A stretch of DNA of 62,606 bases, the filler included, from Chiloscyllium plagiosum (Eukaryota): assembly GCF_004010195.1 (NCBI RefSeq). It is 3 parts of one record of this genome, joined end to end, with 100 filler letters (N's around TTAATTAATTAA, not from the genome) between each part and the next. Parts side by side here need not be neighbours in the genome. Positions count along the whole stretch, not along the records: positions 1 to 30,033 come from NC_057717.1; 2 more parts are not named here. The stretch is one strand, 5' to 3'. A program made the translations under genes and the position numbers. This document shows, piece by piece, positions 12,886-26,755 of this stretch (the stretch's first letter is position 1; each line of letters opens with the position of its first letter). Under the pieces are notes generated by a model, which saw only the letters and a list, made by a program, of their open reading frames with translations, did not search any database and was not told where the DNA came from.

Positions 12886-13404
12886 GCAGTCTCAATGCTC
12901 TGAATGATGTCACAAGGAGCAGCACTGCACAAAGCCAATGGGCAATAAATAGTGTACACTGGTTTATTGTCTATGGAAGTGTCCCCACTGGTCACCTTAT
13001 GCAGCTGGTCTGTTTATTTATCTATATCTTCCTTTACAAACAATATGTAATATAAACAGTCCTGCAGTGTTCTTGCACTATTCCCACATACACGGAAGAA
13101 AGAAGAAGAAGTTTGAAAAATTTATGGTCCATCCCTAAGCAACGCCCATCTATTCCACCCAGACTGAGTAAATGTTCCCTTTTATTGGGATAGTAAATGT
13201 TAATAAGGAAGGCGTTAACAGAGCCTGTTTGTTTAGTGACTGTGATTAATGCCAATCTCCATGGATTGTAATTATCCCAGTGGAGGAGTTCCATCTTTTA
13301 ATGATAAATGGGTTCCGTTGAATGTGCTATTCCATAGTATGAGTGGGAGCACCACCGAGAGCATTAACAGGGATCGGCAGCTCAAGAGATGCAGTGGGGA
13401 GAGA

Positions 13405-13530
13405 TCAGAATCTGAGCACAAGTGTCTGGAATGTTCTAACAATGAGTCAGTAACTGAGAACATTAGGCTGGAAGGTTACAGCAATGGATCACAATCTGAG
13501 AACGTTAGACTGGGATGTCTCAAGAATGGA
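13405..13530 (+). repeat. Degenerate 42-bp tandem repeat, 3 units
   Basis: ATCAGAATCTGAGCACAAGTGTCTGGAATGTTCTAACAATGA / GTCAGTAACTGAGAACATTAGGCTGGAAGGTTACAGCAATGG / ATCACAATCTGAGAACGTTAGACTGGGATGTCTCAAGAATGG. Confidence 0.75.
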
Positions 13531-14032
13531 CAGGAGTTTATACAGAGATGTTTGGCTTCTTTCGAAATATTATGATAGAAAACTATTATGGTGGCGGATC
13601 AAATATGTACTTTACATTATTCAATATTTTTATTATCCAATCCTGGCTTTCGTTGGTGTCCCTGGTAAGTCTCAATGTTCAGTCCTTAATTTTATAAATC
13701 ATGATTGACTGTAATACTGTCCTTTCATTGACTCTACTATCATTGTCCCTGTTATTGTTCCTGCTGAGACTAAATCGAGATGTTCACTTTACAAGCCACT
13801 ACTAACTGCAGCAATGAACTTGTTATTTCACTCTCTCGCTCCTTGCTTCTGGCAGTGTTACTCATGGGTCTCTATGCTGACCTGTCCAGTTTCAATTGTG
13901 AAACATGATTCATTATATCACTGCCCTTGCTGTTTAAATATTGAAAGCATTGAGGTCACTATGTTCTGTTCTGGTTACAGATCGAATTTCGTTCCTCTGA
14001 CTACATCCAATCCCCGGCCAATACTGAGGCTG

Positions 14033-14185
14033 AAATACACTGGAATAGTCTACACAGCTCCCCATGCTGGGCAGACAGTTCAGCTTACTGAGCAATACAC
14101 TGGCACGGTCTGCACAGCTCTCCATGCTGGGCGGATAGTTCATTTTACTAAGCAATACATTGGTATAGTCTGCAGAGCTCCCCAG
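14033..14185 (+). repeat. 60-bp tandem repeat, about 2.5 units
   Basis: AATACACTGGAATAGTCTACACAGCTCCCCATGCTGGGCAGACAGTTCAGCTTACTGAGC repeated with period 60. Confidence 0.85.
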
Positions 14186-14639
14186 TTAGTCCCACTGCCC
14201 TGTCTTTTTCCCCATATTTCACCAATATGGCTATTTCTACCTTAATTATCTGTTTCTATCTTTAATGTGAATTTTTCTGTCCCTCCATATCTTTCTCTGG
14301 CTTTGGGTTTTGGCTCCGGAATGTAACGAGTGCTGACATTGTGAAACTCAGAAACGTGAAATGGTGTGTGTGGGCTGTTGTTTAGTTCCCCGTGTGTCCT
14401 GTGTTCCATGTTATGTATGCAATCCTGCAGTGCTCTTACACTACTCCCACACACGGAAGAAAGAAAAAATGTTGACAGTTTAATGATCCATATTGGACAG
14501 GAGGGATTCAGCAGTTTTGACTCACGTCTTTGAAACTTAGTCTGTGCCTATCCACTGAACGCCTGTGTTTGTCCCTCTCAGCTGATCGTGTTTTCAGTAA
14601 CACGAGGAAGCCCTCGAGTATTCTTGTAAAGGTGCAGGC

Positions 14640-15035
14640 ATCGAACTTGCGTCGGAGGCTGAGGGGTGACCTTATAGAGGTTTGCAAAATTATGAGCGGC
14701 ATGAATAGAGTTAATAGACAAAGTATTTTCGCTGGGGTCGGGGAGTCCAGAAATACAGGGCATAGGTTTAGGGTGAGAGGGGAAAGAGACCTCAGGGGCA
14801 ACTTTTTCACGCAGTGTAGTACATGTACGGTAAGTACTGCCGGAGGAAGTGGTGGAGGCTGGTACAATTGCAACGTTTAAGAGGCATTTGGATCAGTGTA
14901 TGAATAGGAAGTGTTTGGAGCGATATGGGCTGGGTGCTGGCAGGTAGGACTAGATTGGGTTGGGATATCTGGTCGGCAAGGACGGGTTGGACCAAAGCGT
15001 CTGTTTCCATGCTGTACATCTCTATGAATCTATGA
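14640..15035 (+). mobile_element. CR1 LINE 3' fragment
   Basis: RRRLRGDLIEVCKIMSGMNRV...GNFFTQ; 3' tail TCTATGAATCTATGA. Confidence 0.9.
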
Positions 15036-15669
15036 AAATCTTCTGACCGACTCCTGTTATTCAAAATTGAGTGGAGGTGTTGGGGATGGTTTGCTGGAGG
15101 TTGTGCTGTGAGCTACCCCAGACATTCAGGGAGACCTGAAGATTTTGTAACCCAACTCTGGATGGAGCATGGGGACTGTAGTTAGAGTTCCTTGGTCTGT
15201 AACATGAACAACAAATGGAGCAGAGGCTGCAGAGTGTGGAAGTTCTGAAACCAGAGCGTTAGTCTGTGGGGGGAAAGGGATCTGCCAAATCGGTCTGTGT
15301 GTTAACGAGGACACACGCACCTGCCACCCTTGCATGCACATGTGCACACACGCACACGTTCTTTTTCTCACACACAAACACACATAAACGCGCTCTTTCT
15401 CTCACTCTTCCCCCACCCCCGCGCACACACGCTCCGCATTTCTCACATGCACACACACATAAATCTGTGGGGAGAATTTGAATTTACAGACTTGTATTTG
15501 CAAATGCATTCAATTTTGCTTTAAAAGAACATGCATTTTGTAGGTAGTCAGTCAATGTGGCATTTTATAAAGTTCTGTCTTGGAATTAAAACCCGTCTGA
15601 TTCCAGAGTACAACACAGACAGACTCCAAACAAGACCTTCCCTGGTTTTGTTCTGGGGAGATCACATCT

Positions 15670-18600
15670 TCGCAAACATAATAGATTTCTTTGTGGAAGT
15701 GAAAATTGATAGTGAGGATAAGACTGTAGATGTTATATGATGGACTTCGGTAAGGTATTTGATGAGGTAAGCTGAAGGAGAAGGTAAAGTTGCAAGGGGT
15801 CCAGGGTCTACTAGCTAAATGGTTGGAGAACAGGCTGGGCAGCAGCAGACAGAGAGTTGCAGTGGAAGGGAGTATCTCAAAATGAAGAACTCTTCTGGGT
15901 GGTGTTTCACAGGGTTTAGTGCTGGGACCGCTATTGTTTATGATACACATAAATGAACTAAAGGAAAATAAAGGTGGTCTGATTAATAAGTTTGCAGATG
16001 GCACCACGATTGGTAGATTAGCAGAAAGTGAAGGGGACTGTCAGAGAATGCAGCAGAAAATAGATCGATTGTAGAGTTGTGCAGAGAAATGGCAAATAGA
16101 GTTCAATCTGGACAAATGTGAGATGATGCATTTTGGAAGATCCAATTCAAGAGTGAACTTTAGGGTAAATGGAAAAATCCCTGGGCAAAATTGATGTACA
16201 GAGAGAACTGGGTGTTTAGATCCATTGTTCCTTAGAGGGGCAGGTCAATAGAGTGGTCAAGAAGACATACAGCATACTTTGCTTCCTGCATTCCACCATT
16301 TTAAGAAGGGGAGAAAAGGGAAAGTGACGAAATACAGACCAGTAAAGTTGTCATCCACAGGAGGGAATCTGTTGGAATCTATTGTGTACAAGAGATGACA
16401 CGTCATGTAACAGTTGTGTACGGCTTTGGTTCGACAACATTTGGAATAGTTCGTACAGTTCTGATCGCCACCTTACGAAGAGGATGTGGATGCTTTGGAG
16501 AGGGTGCAAGGAGTTTCACCAGGATGTTGCCTGGTATTGGAGGGAACTGGCTATGAAGAGAGGTTTGGTAGATTAGTATTATTTTCATTAGACTGATGGA
16601 ATTTCGGGGACCTGATTGAGTTCTACAAAATCATGAGAGGTATAGATAGGGCGGATAGCAATACGCTTATTCCCAGAGTGGAGTACTCAATATCTAGTGG
16701 TCAGTAATTCAAGATGAGAGGGGAAAGGTTTATGGGAGATATGTTCAGAAAGTTATTTACACAGAGACTGGTCGATGCCTGAAACGCATTGCCAGCGAAG
16801 GTGTTAGACTTAGTCACGATAGTGACATTTAATATGTATCTAGACAGACACATTAATGGGTAGGGAGCAGAGGGATACAGATCCTTCGAAAATAGGTGAC
16901 AGGTTTAGACAGAGGATCGGGATCGGTGCAGGCTTGGAAGGCCTGGAGGGCCTGTTCCTGTGGTTGAATTTTTTTTGTTCTTGGTAAATACTGGCGAAAA
17001 GTATCTATCCATATTTGAAAGGAAAACGAAAACAAGGCTAAATGTGGCACAGTGAATGCGTGGACAGGATAATTTATTGTAGAGAACAGAAAATTGGCAG
17101 GGAGACGAAACTGTTACATTATGTCTGCCTTCACGGACGAAGATCCAGAAAAGCTCCCAGAAATACCATAGGACTTTTGTAACTAAACACTAAAATCATT
17201 CATCTTGGTGACGTGGTAGTATATGACAACATACCTGGATTGAGGATTGATAAATCTGACAGACCAGATGTTCTTCATACTGCAATTTCAGAGAAAGCAG
17301 CAATACACAGAATGGATTGTATTGTGGATGATTGTATTTATCTGTATTCAATTTGAAAGGATATAAATGCATTCCAACAATTTTAGAAGGGAGGAAGTGG
17401 GAACATGGAAAACTACAGACCAGTTTACTTGTCATTCACAGGAAGTAACCTTTTGCAATCTATCATAACGAATGTGATATTGGACACTGAGAAAGTAATA
17501 GCAAACTTCAAGAGAATTATTCTGCATTGATGAAAAGGAAGTTATAATTTACAAACGTTTTGTTTGAAGATACATCTTGTAGACCTAAACATAGAGAAGT
17601 AATGGATGCGATATAGTCAAATATTCGGGAGGATCTTTAATCAGCACAAACAGTATGTTCGGAGAAAACATTTAAGCAAAGGATATTGGGAGGAACACAC
17701 ACAAACAGGGAAGGTAAAAGTTAAGTTTGCCTTCATTTAAAGGGAATCCGAATACAGACGATGAAGGGTTAGCTAGATTCAAAGCGTTAACTTGCTCTCT
17801 CTTTACGGATGCTGTCTGAATCACTGTGGTGTCTAGCATGGGTTAGATTCAGTACAGATTCCAGCTTCTGTTGTAATTTGTTCTGACTAGCAGTAAAAAC
17901 ATTCTGAACTAGTTACACAGAGTGCTGGTGAGACTGTACCTGGAGCATTGTATATAATTTTGATGTCTTGATCTAAATAAAATATAGTGATCCCATATAC
18001 TGAATGGAAATTCTCTAGATTAATTCCTCAAATAGCAAAGTTTTCTGCTGAGGAAACTTGGGCTGAGATCAAGGCGGGAATCTGTTTGTGAATCTGGTGA
18101 ACATTGATATATGAGAGCTTCATGTCTGTTTTACTTGGGAGAAGGAGTATGTAGGGACCGAATTCAAGAAGATTGACTGAGAGGCTCTTGAGAAGATTGA
18201 TGCAAGATGTGTACATGGATTGATAGTTTTGGCTGGTATTAAATTGGACACGTCCCTATGTCCAGATCAGTTACATCACAGCCTGCTGTTGGAGACAAGG
18301 GATGAAAGGCGCTGATCCAAATGTTTAAATACAATCTGGGCACAGGTAAGGTGCATAGGACTGGAGAACACCCTTTATGGGAAGGTTTGTAGAGATTGAC
18401 CAGGGAACTACAGACCAGTGAGTAGCAGATCAGTGTTCGAGAAACTACTGCAGAAAATAGGTGGTTGTCGAAAACTGTGTGTCAGTGCTGTGTCACTTCT
18501 TATTTGTGGTACACATAAATGATATAGATGTGAATGCGAAGGGGCATGGGTGAGTGTAATAATTAGGTTTGTGTTTGACACATAGATTACTCGGGTGTTT

Positions 18601-20165
18601 GGCATTGAGGAGGAAGGTCTTACGTCACTGGAAGATACAGATGGAATGGTCAGATGGGCAGATCAATGGCAGATGGAATGCAACTCTGATAAATATGAAG
18701 TGATGCAATTTGGAAGAAGCAACCAGACAGGGGTGGACTCAATAAATGGCAGCAGACTCGGAAGTTCAGAGTGTGCTTCTCCACATATCCCTAAGTGTGA
18801 CGGGACTGGGTAATAGATTAATTAAGAAGTAATTGGAAACAGTAGGCATAGCATTTACTAATCGAGGCAGAGATTGCAAGAGCTATATAGCACTTTGGTT
18901 AGGCCAAGATTGAATACTGTGTGCAGTTCAGGGATCCACATTACAGGAAAGATGTGATTGCACTGGAAGTGGCGCAGAGGAGATTCACTAGGATGTTCCC
19001 TGGAATGGAGCATATCAGTAAGGAGAGAGGCTGGATACGCTCGGGTTGTTTACTTTGGAGCAGAGAAGACTGAGGGGAACGTGATTCAGAAGGGTAAGAT
19101 TACGAAGGACATGGACAGGGTGGATAGATAGCAGCGACTCCTTTAAGTCAGAGATTTAAGACCAAAGGATCACACTTTTAAAGAGAAGGGTTTGAGGTTT
19201 ACAAAGGATTTCAGAATGGTTTTTCCAACCAGAGGACATTGGTGTCTGGAATGCACTTTTGGAGAGGGCAGTTGTTGTGGGTCATCTCACAGCCCGTTAA
19301 AAGGTACGTGGATAAGCACTTGAAGTGTCAAAACACTCACATCTATGGGCCTGATGTATGAAATTGGGACTAATATAGATTGTACTGTATTTCTGACTGT
19401 AAAGAGATTGCTTCTGTAATTGCATGGCTGTTGAAGATCAATCACTGAGCAGCCTAAGACAGGAAATGATGGGTTTATGAAGCGTACATTAACATGAGTG
19501 AAATGTAAAAGTTTCTCAACATACAGTATACCAAGGTGAAATGTTAGAGAAGATCATTGTGGCTTCTTTCCAGGCTGAAACCAGCGAACAGAGAACAGGA
19601 AAATGGCAGGACTATGAAGCAACCACTTCTGTTCTGCCTTCACAAAAGAAACCATTTGAAAAAGTAAATTCCAAGCACTTCTCAGTGTACTGAGAAAAAG
19701 TAAATAGAATCGAATCTGTACATAAACAGTTTTGGAGAAATTATTTTGACTGAAATCTGATAAATCCCCATGACCTGTTAATCTTCTCGTTGATTACTAA
19801 GGAAGGTGGCCAAGGTAATAACTAATACTCTGTTTATCTTCTTACAAATGCTTGATGATTCTGGAACTGAATTCACAGATTTGACAGCAGCAAATATAAC
19901 CCCAGTATTTCTAAAGGAGGCAAGGAATCACAGTCTGCTTAGCACTAAAAAACCAATCTGAACAATAAAAGAGTCTATGAGAAAGGACGCATTGCCAGGG
20001 AATTTGAAAATTACATTAATGTAAAAGTAATCAACATAGATAAAATCATTGCCGATTTATTAAAGGCCAATCATATTTTAGATACTGATTGGAGAAAAAA
20101 ATATGACGCAGCAATGGATGCAGTGAACTTGGATTATCAGAAACATTTTTGATGAAGTCCCAAGT
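15670..20165 (+). mobile_element. Run of several degenerate CR1 LINE fragments, all on the plus strand
   Basis: GVSQGLVLGPLLF and KFADGT (~15900-16005), WADQWQMECNSDKYEVMQFGRSN (~18655-18725), and several NYRPVS-like and 3' UTR segments. Confidence 0.8.
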
Positions 20166-20169
20166 CTAG

Positions 20170-22939
20170 TGTTGTGGCATTGCTACTCGTTTAACAAAGT
20201 TTTTCTGTTCTTGTTTTATTCTTAATGGATGTCTTAAAAGCAGCAAATCCAAAAAGCCTGGGTTTGACTAAATGGGAATGCTTTCAAGTCTAAAATAAAA
20301 GCACGCATAATGAGGAGCAAGGTATCGTAGGTATGGTCATGTACAGTGAGACAAGAATAATTATTCACATCATAGTGAAGGAGTGATCACAGTATGGTTG
20401 AATTTAGAATACAGATGGAGAGTGTAAAGATAAAATCCAACTACAGGGTCCTGTGCTTCAGCAAGGGAGACTACAATAAAACGAGGGAGGAGTTGGCTAA
20501 CGTCGCCTCCAAACAAATATTTCATGATGGAAGAGTTGACAATCAGTGGAGAACTTTCAAATGAGAATTTTTAATTTCCGAGGCAGAAGTATATTCCAGT
20601 GAAAAGGAAAGACTCTAAGAAAATGGGTAATCGGTTAACTGTGTCTCAGGAAATAGGGAATGCTATCAAATTAAAAGAGAAGGAATGCGAAGTGGCCAAG
20701 AACAGCAGAAACCTAGAAGATTGGGGAAAAATTTAAAGGTCAACAGAAAGCCACAAAATGAACTATAGAGAAAAGTATGATAGAAAACGAGAGGAAAAAA
20801 AAACAAGTACAGAATATAAAGCTAGATAGATGATGGTATATAGCTTAAATATATAAAATGTAAAAGCATGGCTCAAGTAAATGTTGGTCCTTCAGATGAT
20901 GGAAAGGGTCATTTTGTTATAGGATATGATTAAATGGCCGAGGCATTGAACAGGTGTTTTGTATCTGTCATCATAGTGGAGGACACTAATAACATGCTAG
21001 GAATTGCCAAAGAGACGAAGGTAGGCGAGAACCTTGGAAACAATCATTATTATGGAAGAGATAGTGTTGGGCAAGTTAACGGAGCTGAGGGTAGGCAAGT
21101 CTCCTGGCCCTGACAGAATGCACCCCAGTGCTATAGAAGAGGTAGCAGGAGAAATAGCAAAAGTAATTGTGGCAATTTGCTAAAATTTACTGAACTCCAG
21201 GACAGTCCCAGCAGATTGGAAAACAGCAAATGTGACGCTACTGTTTAAAAAGGGAGGTGAACAAATTATGGGGAATTATAGACCAGTTAGCTTTTCCTGT
21301 GTAGTGAGGAAACTGCTTGAGGGTATTATCCAGGAAGAAGTAGCAAGGAATTTCGATAGAAATCGTCCAATTGCGCAGACGCAGCATGGGCTCATGAAGA
21401 ACAGGTCTTGTTTAACAAGTCGTTTGGAAATCTATGGAGACAACGAGGCCCCAGTGGCTATGGTGTACCTAGATTTGCAAAAGGCCTTCAACAAGTTGCC
21501 ACACAAGAAGCTGCTGCATAAGAAAAAGGTGCATGGCATTACGGGTAAAGTATCAGCAGAGATAGAGGATTGCTTGACTAACAGGAAGCAAATTGTGAGT
21601 GTGAGTGAGTGATATTCTGGCTGGCAATCGATACCTAGTGGTGTGCCTCAGGGATCGGTGTTGGTGCCACAAATATTCACAATTTATATAGGTGATTTGG
21701 AGTTGGAGAGAACGTGTCGTGTGTCAAGGTTTGCAGATGACACGAAGATGCGTTTCATAGCAAAGCATGCAGAGGACTGTCAGACTTCGTAAATCAACAT
21801 AGATACTTTGAGTGAGTGGGTAACGGTTTGGCAGATGGAATACAATGTTGATAAATGTGATATCATCCATTTTGTTGGGAATGCCAGTAAAAAGGATTAT
21901 TACTTGAATGGTAAAACGTTACAGCACGCTGTTACACAGAGGGACCTGCGTGTCCATGTGCATGAATCACAGAAGGTTGGTCTGCAGGTACAGTAATTAC
22001 TGAGGAAAGCAAATGGAATGTTGCTCTTCATTGCTAAAGGGATATTGGAATTTAGAAGAATGAGGGGATGATCTCATAGAAGCAGAAAAATTATGCAGGG
22101 AGTATATAAGATAGAAGTAGAGAGCATGTTTCCACTGGAAGGTGAAGCTAAAACAAGAGTGAGTGGTCTCAATATTAGAAGGAGTAGATTTAGGATTGAA
22201 TCGAGAATGAACCCCTTCACCCAGACGTTTGTAATCTCTGGAATTCCCTGCCCAGTTAAATAGTTGATACTACTTCAGTAAATGTTTTTAAAAGTAAGGT
22301 CGATACTGTTTGAACAATAAAGTAAATAAGGGATATGGTGAGAGCGCGGGAAAATAGATCAGAGCCCACAAGTAGATCAATCATGATCTTATTGAATGGC
22401 AGAGGACCAGACCGCCTATTCCTGCTCCTAGCTCTTCTGTTCTTATGAAAGGGGAGTGGCCAGTTATCCCAGTTTCGCTCCTCTGCTTTGGTTTGCTTGG
22501 TCTGATTTCCGCAGTCTAGCTGTTTACTTAAAGCAGGATGCCAGTTGTGAAGCTACCGGACCCAAAGAAGCAGGTCCATGTTGTTCCTCCCTCTCTCTGA
22601 CAGCTCTCCTGTAAGAAACTGGGTTTGATTTTTTTTTTCCTTTCGGTTTTGCCATGGGGTGTTTATGGGATTAAATCAAGTACTTGGAACACCATCATTA
22701 AGTTGGGATAGTCTGTTGGGTTTTCGGATAGGTTAAGTTATTCTGTATTGTATCCGTTTCTGTTTGCGTCTCACTCAGTAATCTTGCAAAGACATTCTGT
22801 TTTGTTTAAAGCTAAGTGATTTGATCAGCTGCATCACTCCTGGAACGTCCGCTTTACACTTGCTTAAGTCAACGGGCAAAAGTTGGGTCTGTGCTATTTC
22901 CTTTAAATGATTTGAAGGGGTCTGCCCTGGCCCATAACA
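20170..22939 (+). mobile_element. Solo LTR (TGTTGTGG...CCATAACA) split by a CR1 insertion and nested in an older CR1
   Basis: Inverted termini at 20170 and 22939. The host CR1 breaks after FDEVP (~20160) and resumes after 22940. A related LTR end lies inverted at 34646-34895. No clear TSD. Confidence 0.6.
20300..22447 (+). mobile_element. Long CR1 LINE: ORF2 RT remnant plus 3' UTR, multiple stops
   Basis: KSPGPDRMHP (~21098), GNYRPVS, YLDLQKAFNKLPH, SGVPQGSVL (~21637), FADDTK (~21730), WQMEYNVDKC, then the 3' UTR. Confidence 0.92.
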
Positions 22940-23764
22940 GTATGTTACAGCTAGATCTAATATATTGGCATGGGTTGAGAATAGGAGAGCTGACAGGAAA
23001 AAAGAGAATCAGCATAAACCATTCCATATACTTTGGAGTAGAAAGCAATGACTAGCGGGCTAATCCAAGAATTGATGTTTGGGTCCCATCTATTCAGAAA
23101 ACAGATCAAACATGTGTTCATGGGCATTAAATGTAATCTTTCCAAATCTGCTGATGGTACCAAACTGAGATTGTGAGTGGGTGAGGAGGATATAAAAAAG
23201 TTTCAAGGTGATTGAGACAAGTGGACGAAATGGTAAAACACGTGGCAGATGAAGAACAATGTGGATTGACGTAACATTGAGCAATTTGGTTGGAAAAATA
23301 GGCGAACAGGCTAGCATTTCAAAAGGAATTAATGTAAAAAGTTGCTGCATGAAGATACTTATGTGTATACTTTTGTTGACTTCTTCACCAAACTCCAAGG
23401 CCCATGCAGGGCAGTAAGTTCTGAAGCCAGAAGTCAATACTGGGATTGATATTGGCGGACTGACCAGTATACATAGACCCACCAAGTGGAGAGCTGCATC
23501 ATTGAAAAGGATCTCGATCTCCCTGTACACCAGTCACAAAAAGCAATACTGCTGCAACAGAAAGCAGGTTGGAAGATAAATAATGTATTGACCTTCATTT
23601 CCGGGGTTTTTGAGCCCAGGTGTGTCTTACTGCAGCTACACAGGCCCTTGGTGAGCCCCCATCTCGAACATTGTGTAATATTGTGCGCAGTATTCGTCTT
23701 CTTACCTAATAAAGCACAAACCTGACATTGACGGAGTGCAGGGAAGGATGACCAAGCTGATCTT

Positions 23765-24062
23765 AGATTAGATTACTTATAGTGTGGAAACAGGCCCTTC
23801 AGCGCAACAAGTCCACACCGACCCGCCGACGCACAACCCATCCTCCTACATTTACCCCTTTGCCTAACACTATCGGCAATTTAGTATGGCCAATTCACCT
23901 AACCTGCACATTTTTGGATTGTGGGAGGAAACTGGAGGAAAGCAACGCAGACACGGGGAGAATGTGCAAACTCCACACAGTCAGTTGCCTGAGGCAGGAA
24001 TTGAACGCGGGTCTCTGGCGCTGTGAGGTAGCAGTGCTACCCACTATGCCACTGTGCCGCCC
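23765..24062 (-). mobile_element. HE1-type SINE
   Basis: Same family as 7862-8143; TAGATTAGATT tail and tRNA-like head. Confidence 0.9.
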
Positions 24063-24559
24063 AAGGTGGATTGCTAGAAAGACTCACAAGTTGCTTAAGT
24101 GGAAAACAGAAGATTGTTAATGAGAGAAATCAAAAATGAAGTTCAGATGCCAATATGTGAAGAGTTGAAAGGGTGGAGGAAAGGCTGCAGGGAGATGTGA
24201 AGGAAGGAAATTTGGCAAAGGGTAATAGGTTTTAATAGCTTAGAAGGATAAAAGGAAACAAATGCCATAGCTGAAACTATTAAGCTGTCTTTTCAGTTTT
24301 ATACATGTTGCCTGACGCACTGAATGTTTCTAGCATTTTCAATTTTAATAAATCATTTTCGTTTAGTAAGATAAAAAAAGTCAACATATGGCAATCATTC
24401 TGTCGCCTGATGCTTACAGGAGTAACCAAACTGAAATCATTAGCACTAGCAGTTTTTAGTTTCTCCATTTTACTATGTGAGCCTCATCAATCAATGTAAA
24501 ATTACAAGCTAGCTTGATCTTATTTGAGCTTTCCAACAAATCAACTGATAACGAGCAAT

Positions 24560-25000
24560 TTTATTTGAATTTTTCGTTCTGGCCAAAACTATAAAGGCAA
24601 TTTTAGGCTCTTTAGCAGCATGATAACCAAAAGTAATCAAACACAAGTCTGGGTTCAACCAGACCTGTATGGTGTAGTCCCAGGGATCAAATTGCTCACT
24701 GGAATGTTGGATGTTAATGCCCTTCACAATTCTATATGCTTTGGAAACTTGGATAACCTGCAGGAGGCACCTGAATGCATTGGAGCTTCTGGCCAAACAA
24801 AATAGAAAGGTTTCATTCAAATGATATTGAGGAATTTTGTCATTAACACATAGTGGTGAGGCAGAGTCCCCCATGAGACCACACAATACTCCAAACTGTA
24901 TGGTTTTTCAAGTAGTACCATGCCCACAAAACGGAAGAGTCTGCAGATCATGATTTAGACTTACCGGCCATTTCAGAAAGAGAGTGGAAGAACTTCATGC
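24560..25000 (+). mobile_element. Old RTE-clade LINE remnant
   Basis: LYALETWITCRRHLNALE at 24732-24785 matches the RTE RT C-terminal motif LLYxxETWxxxxRHxxxLE. Confidence 0.6.
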
Positions 25001-26439
25001 TCAGTTCTGGAGAACTGCCGAGGTTTTAGGCTTCACTGGGATGACAGGCTTGTTGTGGGAGCAGAGTTTGAGGCGACTGGGCCTGTATTCCATGGAGTTT
25101 AGGAAAATGGGTGGAGATCTCAGTGAAATATATAAAAGTCTGACAGGGTGACCGTCTCGCAGACTGGTAAACCTGGGGAATTCTGTCCCACATAATACTG
25201 TGGAATCTAAGGCACTGAATATAAATAAGGATTTCTAGACACTAAAGGGATGAAATTGCAGCAGGAGTTTGGTGTGGATGTAAAGGATCAGCCATTGTTA
25301 TATTGAATGGGAGAGCAGAATTGACGGACCAAAGTTCCCACTTCATACTTTTCTGATATATGATCACTTCAAAGGATATACAGTATATAGTGTTAGGGAA
25401 AAGTTAATTGAAGAGTTGTTTTTCCAAAACCTAGAGTGGAGAACGCTCAATGTGTTGAAAGGCCTACTTATTTCGCAATGTTTCTGTGCAGTCTGTGGGA
25501 AAGCTCTGTTAATGATGTCATAAGCTCTCAGATGTAAGGAAGGAGGTCTCTGCAGTGTCGACAGGACTGTTTTTCCGATTCCCTTTTCCGATAAAGAGGC
25601 TCGTGCCGGATGTTATCTAATTTTTATCCATTAAGACCTCGGAGAAATTTGATATAACTACCTTGCATGGCCGCTTCAGAGGCCATTGAAGAGTTTACCA
25701 CATGTCTGTATATCTGTGGTGACTTTTTGGCTCGACCAGGAAAGCACGGGAGATTCACTTCCTGAATGTACATTGGGGAAGGAAATTTACGTTGACAATG
25801 GACATGCGCTTCAAGGTCAATATTACTGGCACCAGATTTTAGATCTCGATATTTTATTAATTGTTTTTAACTTCCACCAGCTGCCAGAGCATTATTCTGG
25901 TATGGATGAGTAATCCAGTGAATATTTCCACAGGAACACCATCTCCACATGGGGACCTATCGGAAACCGCACTGTGCACGTTATTTCTGTGCTGGTCGAC
26001 AGCTCTGTGAAATGAATTCTCACCAATTTGACTATCGTGATGAGACTGAGGGGGTGGTAATTGGTCAGATTGTAATTATTCTCCTCTTAGGAGACGGGAC
26101 ACTTTTGTGTACTTTTCAGCATTGCTGTGGAGATGTCAGAGCTGGAGCTGGAATGAAACAGCTTCCACAGAGACACGGCTTGTTGTGCAGCACAAGTCTT
26201 CAGTTCTATTGCAGGAATGGTGTCAAGGCCCATTCCCTTTGTCGCATCTACTGTGTTCAGCTGTTTCTTCATGTTACGTACAGCGAATCGAATTGTTTGA
26301 TGTCTGGCATCTGTGATTCTGTGGGGATCATCCAAGCAACACTTCTGGCTGAGGATGGTATATACACTGCAACCTTGTCTTTTACACTGATGTGCAGGAA
26401 GTTTCCATTTTTTTGCAGTACGGTAAAGCAATAGCTACG

Positions 26440-26755
26440 TGGTGTTGCTGCTGATATGTTAGTCTAATAACCCCAGTAATGTTCTGGTGACCTGAGTTCG
26501 AATCCTGTTACAGTATATTATGGAATTCAAATCCAATAAATGTTTGGGTTTAAGAGTTTAATGATGATCATTAATCAATTACTGATTGTGGGAGAAATCG
26601 ATTTGGTTCACGAATGTCCTTTAGGGAAGGAAACTGCCATCCATACCTGCTCTGGCCCACATGTAACTCGAGACACACAGCAATGTCATTGACTCTTAAC
26701 AGTCCTCCGGGCAATAAATGCTGGCCTAGTCAGCGACGCCCTAATCCCAATTAAC
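26440..26755 (+). mobile_element. tRNA-headed SINE with Deu-like core and L2-like tail (SacSINE1-like)
   Basis: B box GAGTTCGAATCC, core TGGTTCACGAATGTCCTTTAGGGAAGGAAACTGCC, tail GGGCAATAAATGCTGGCC. Absent from the right-arm paralog. Confidence 0.65.
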
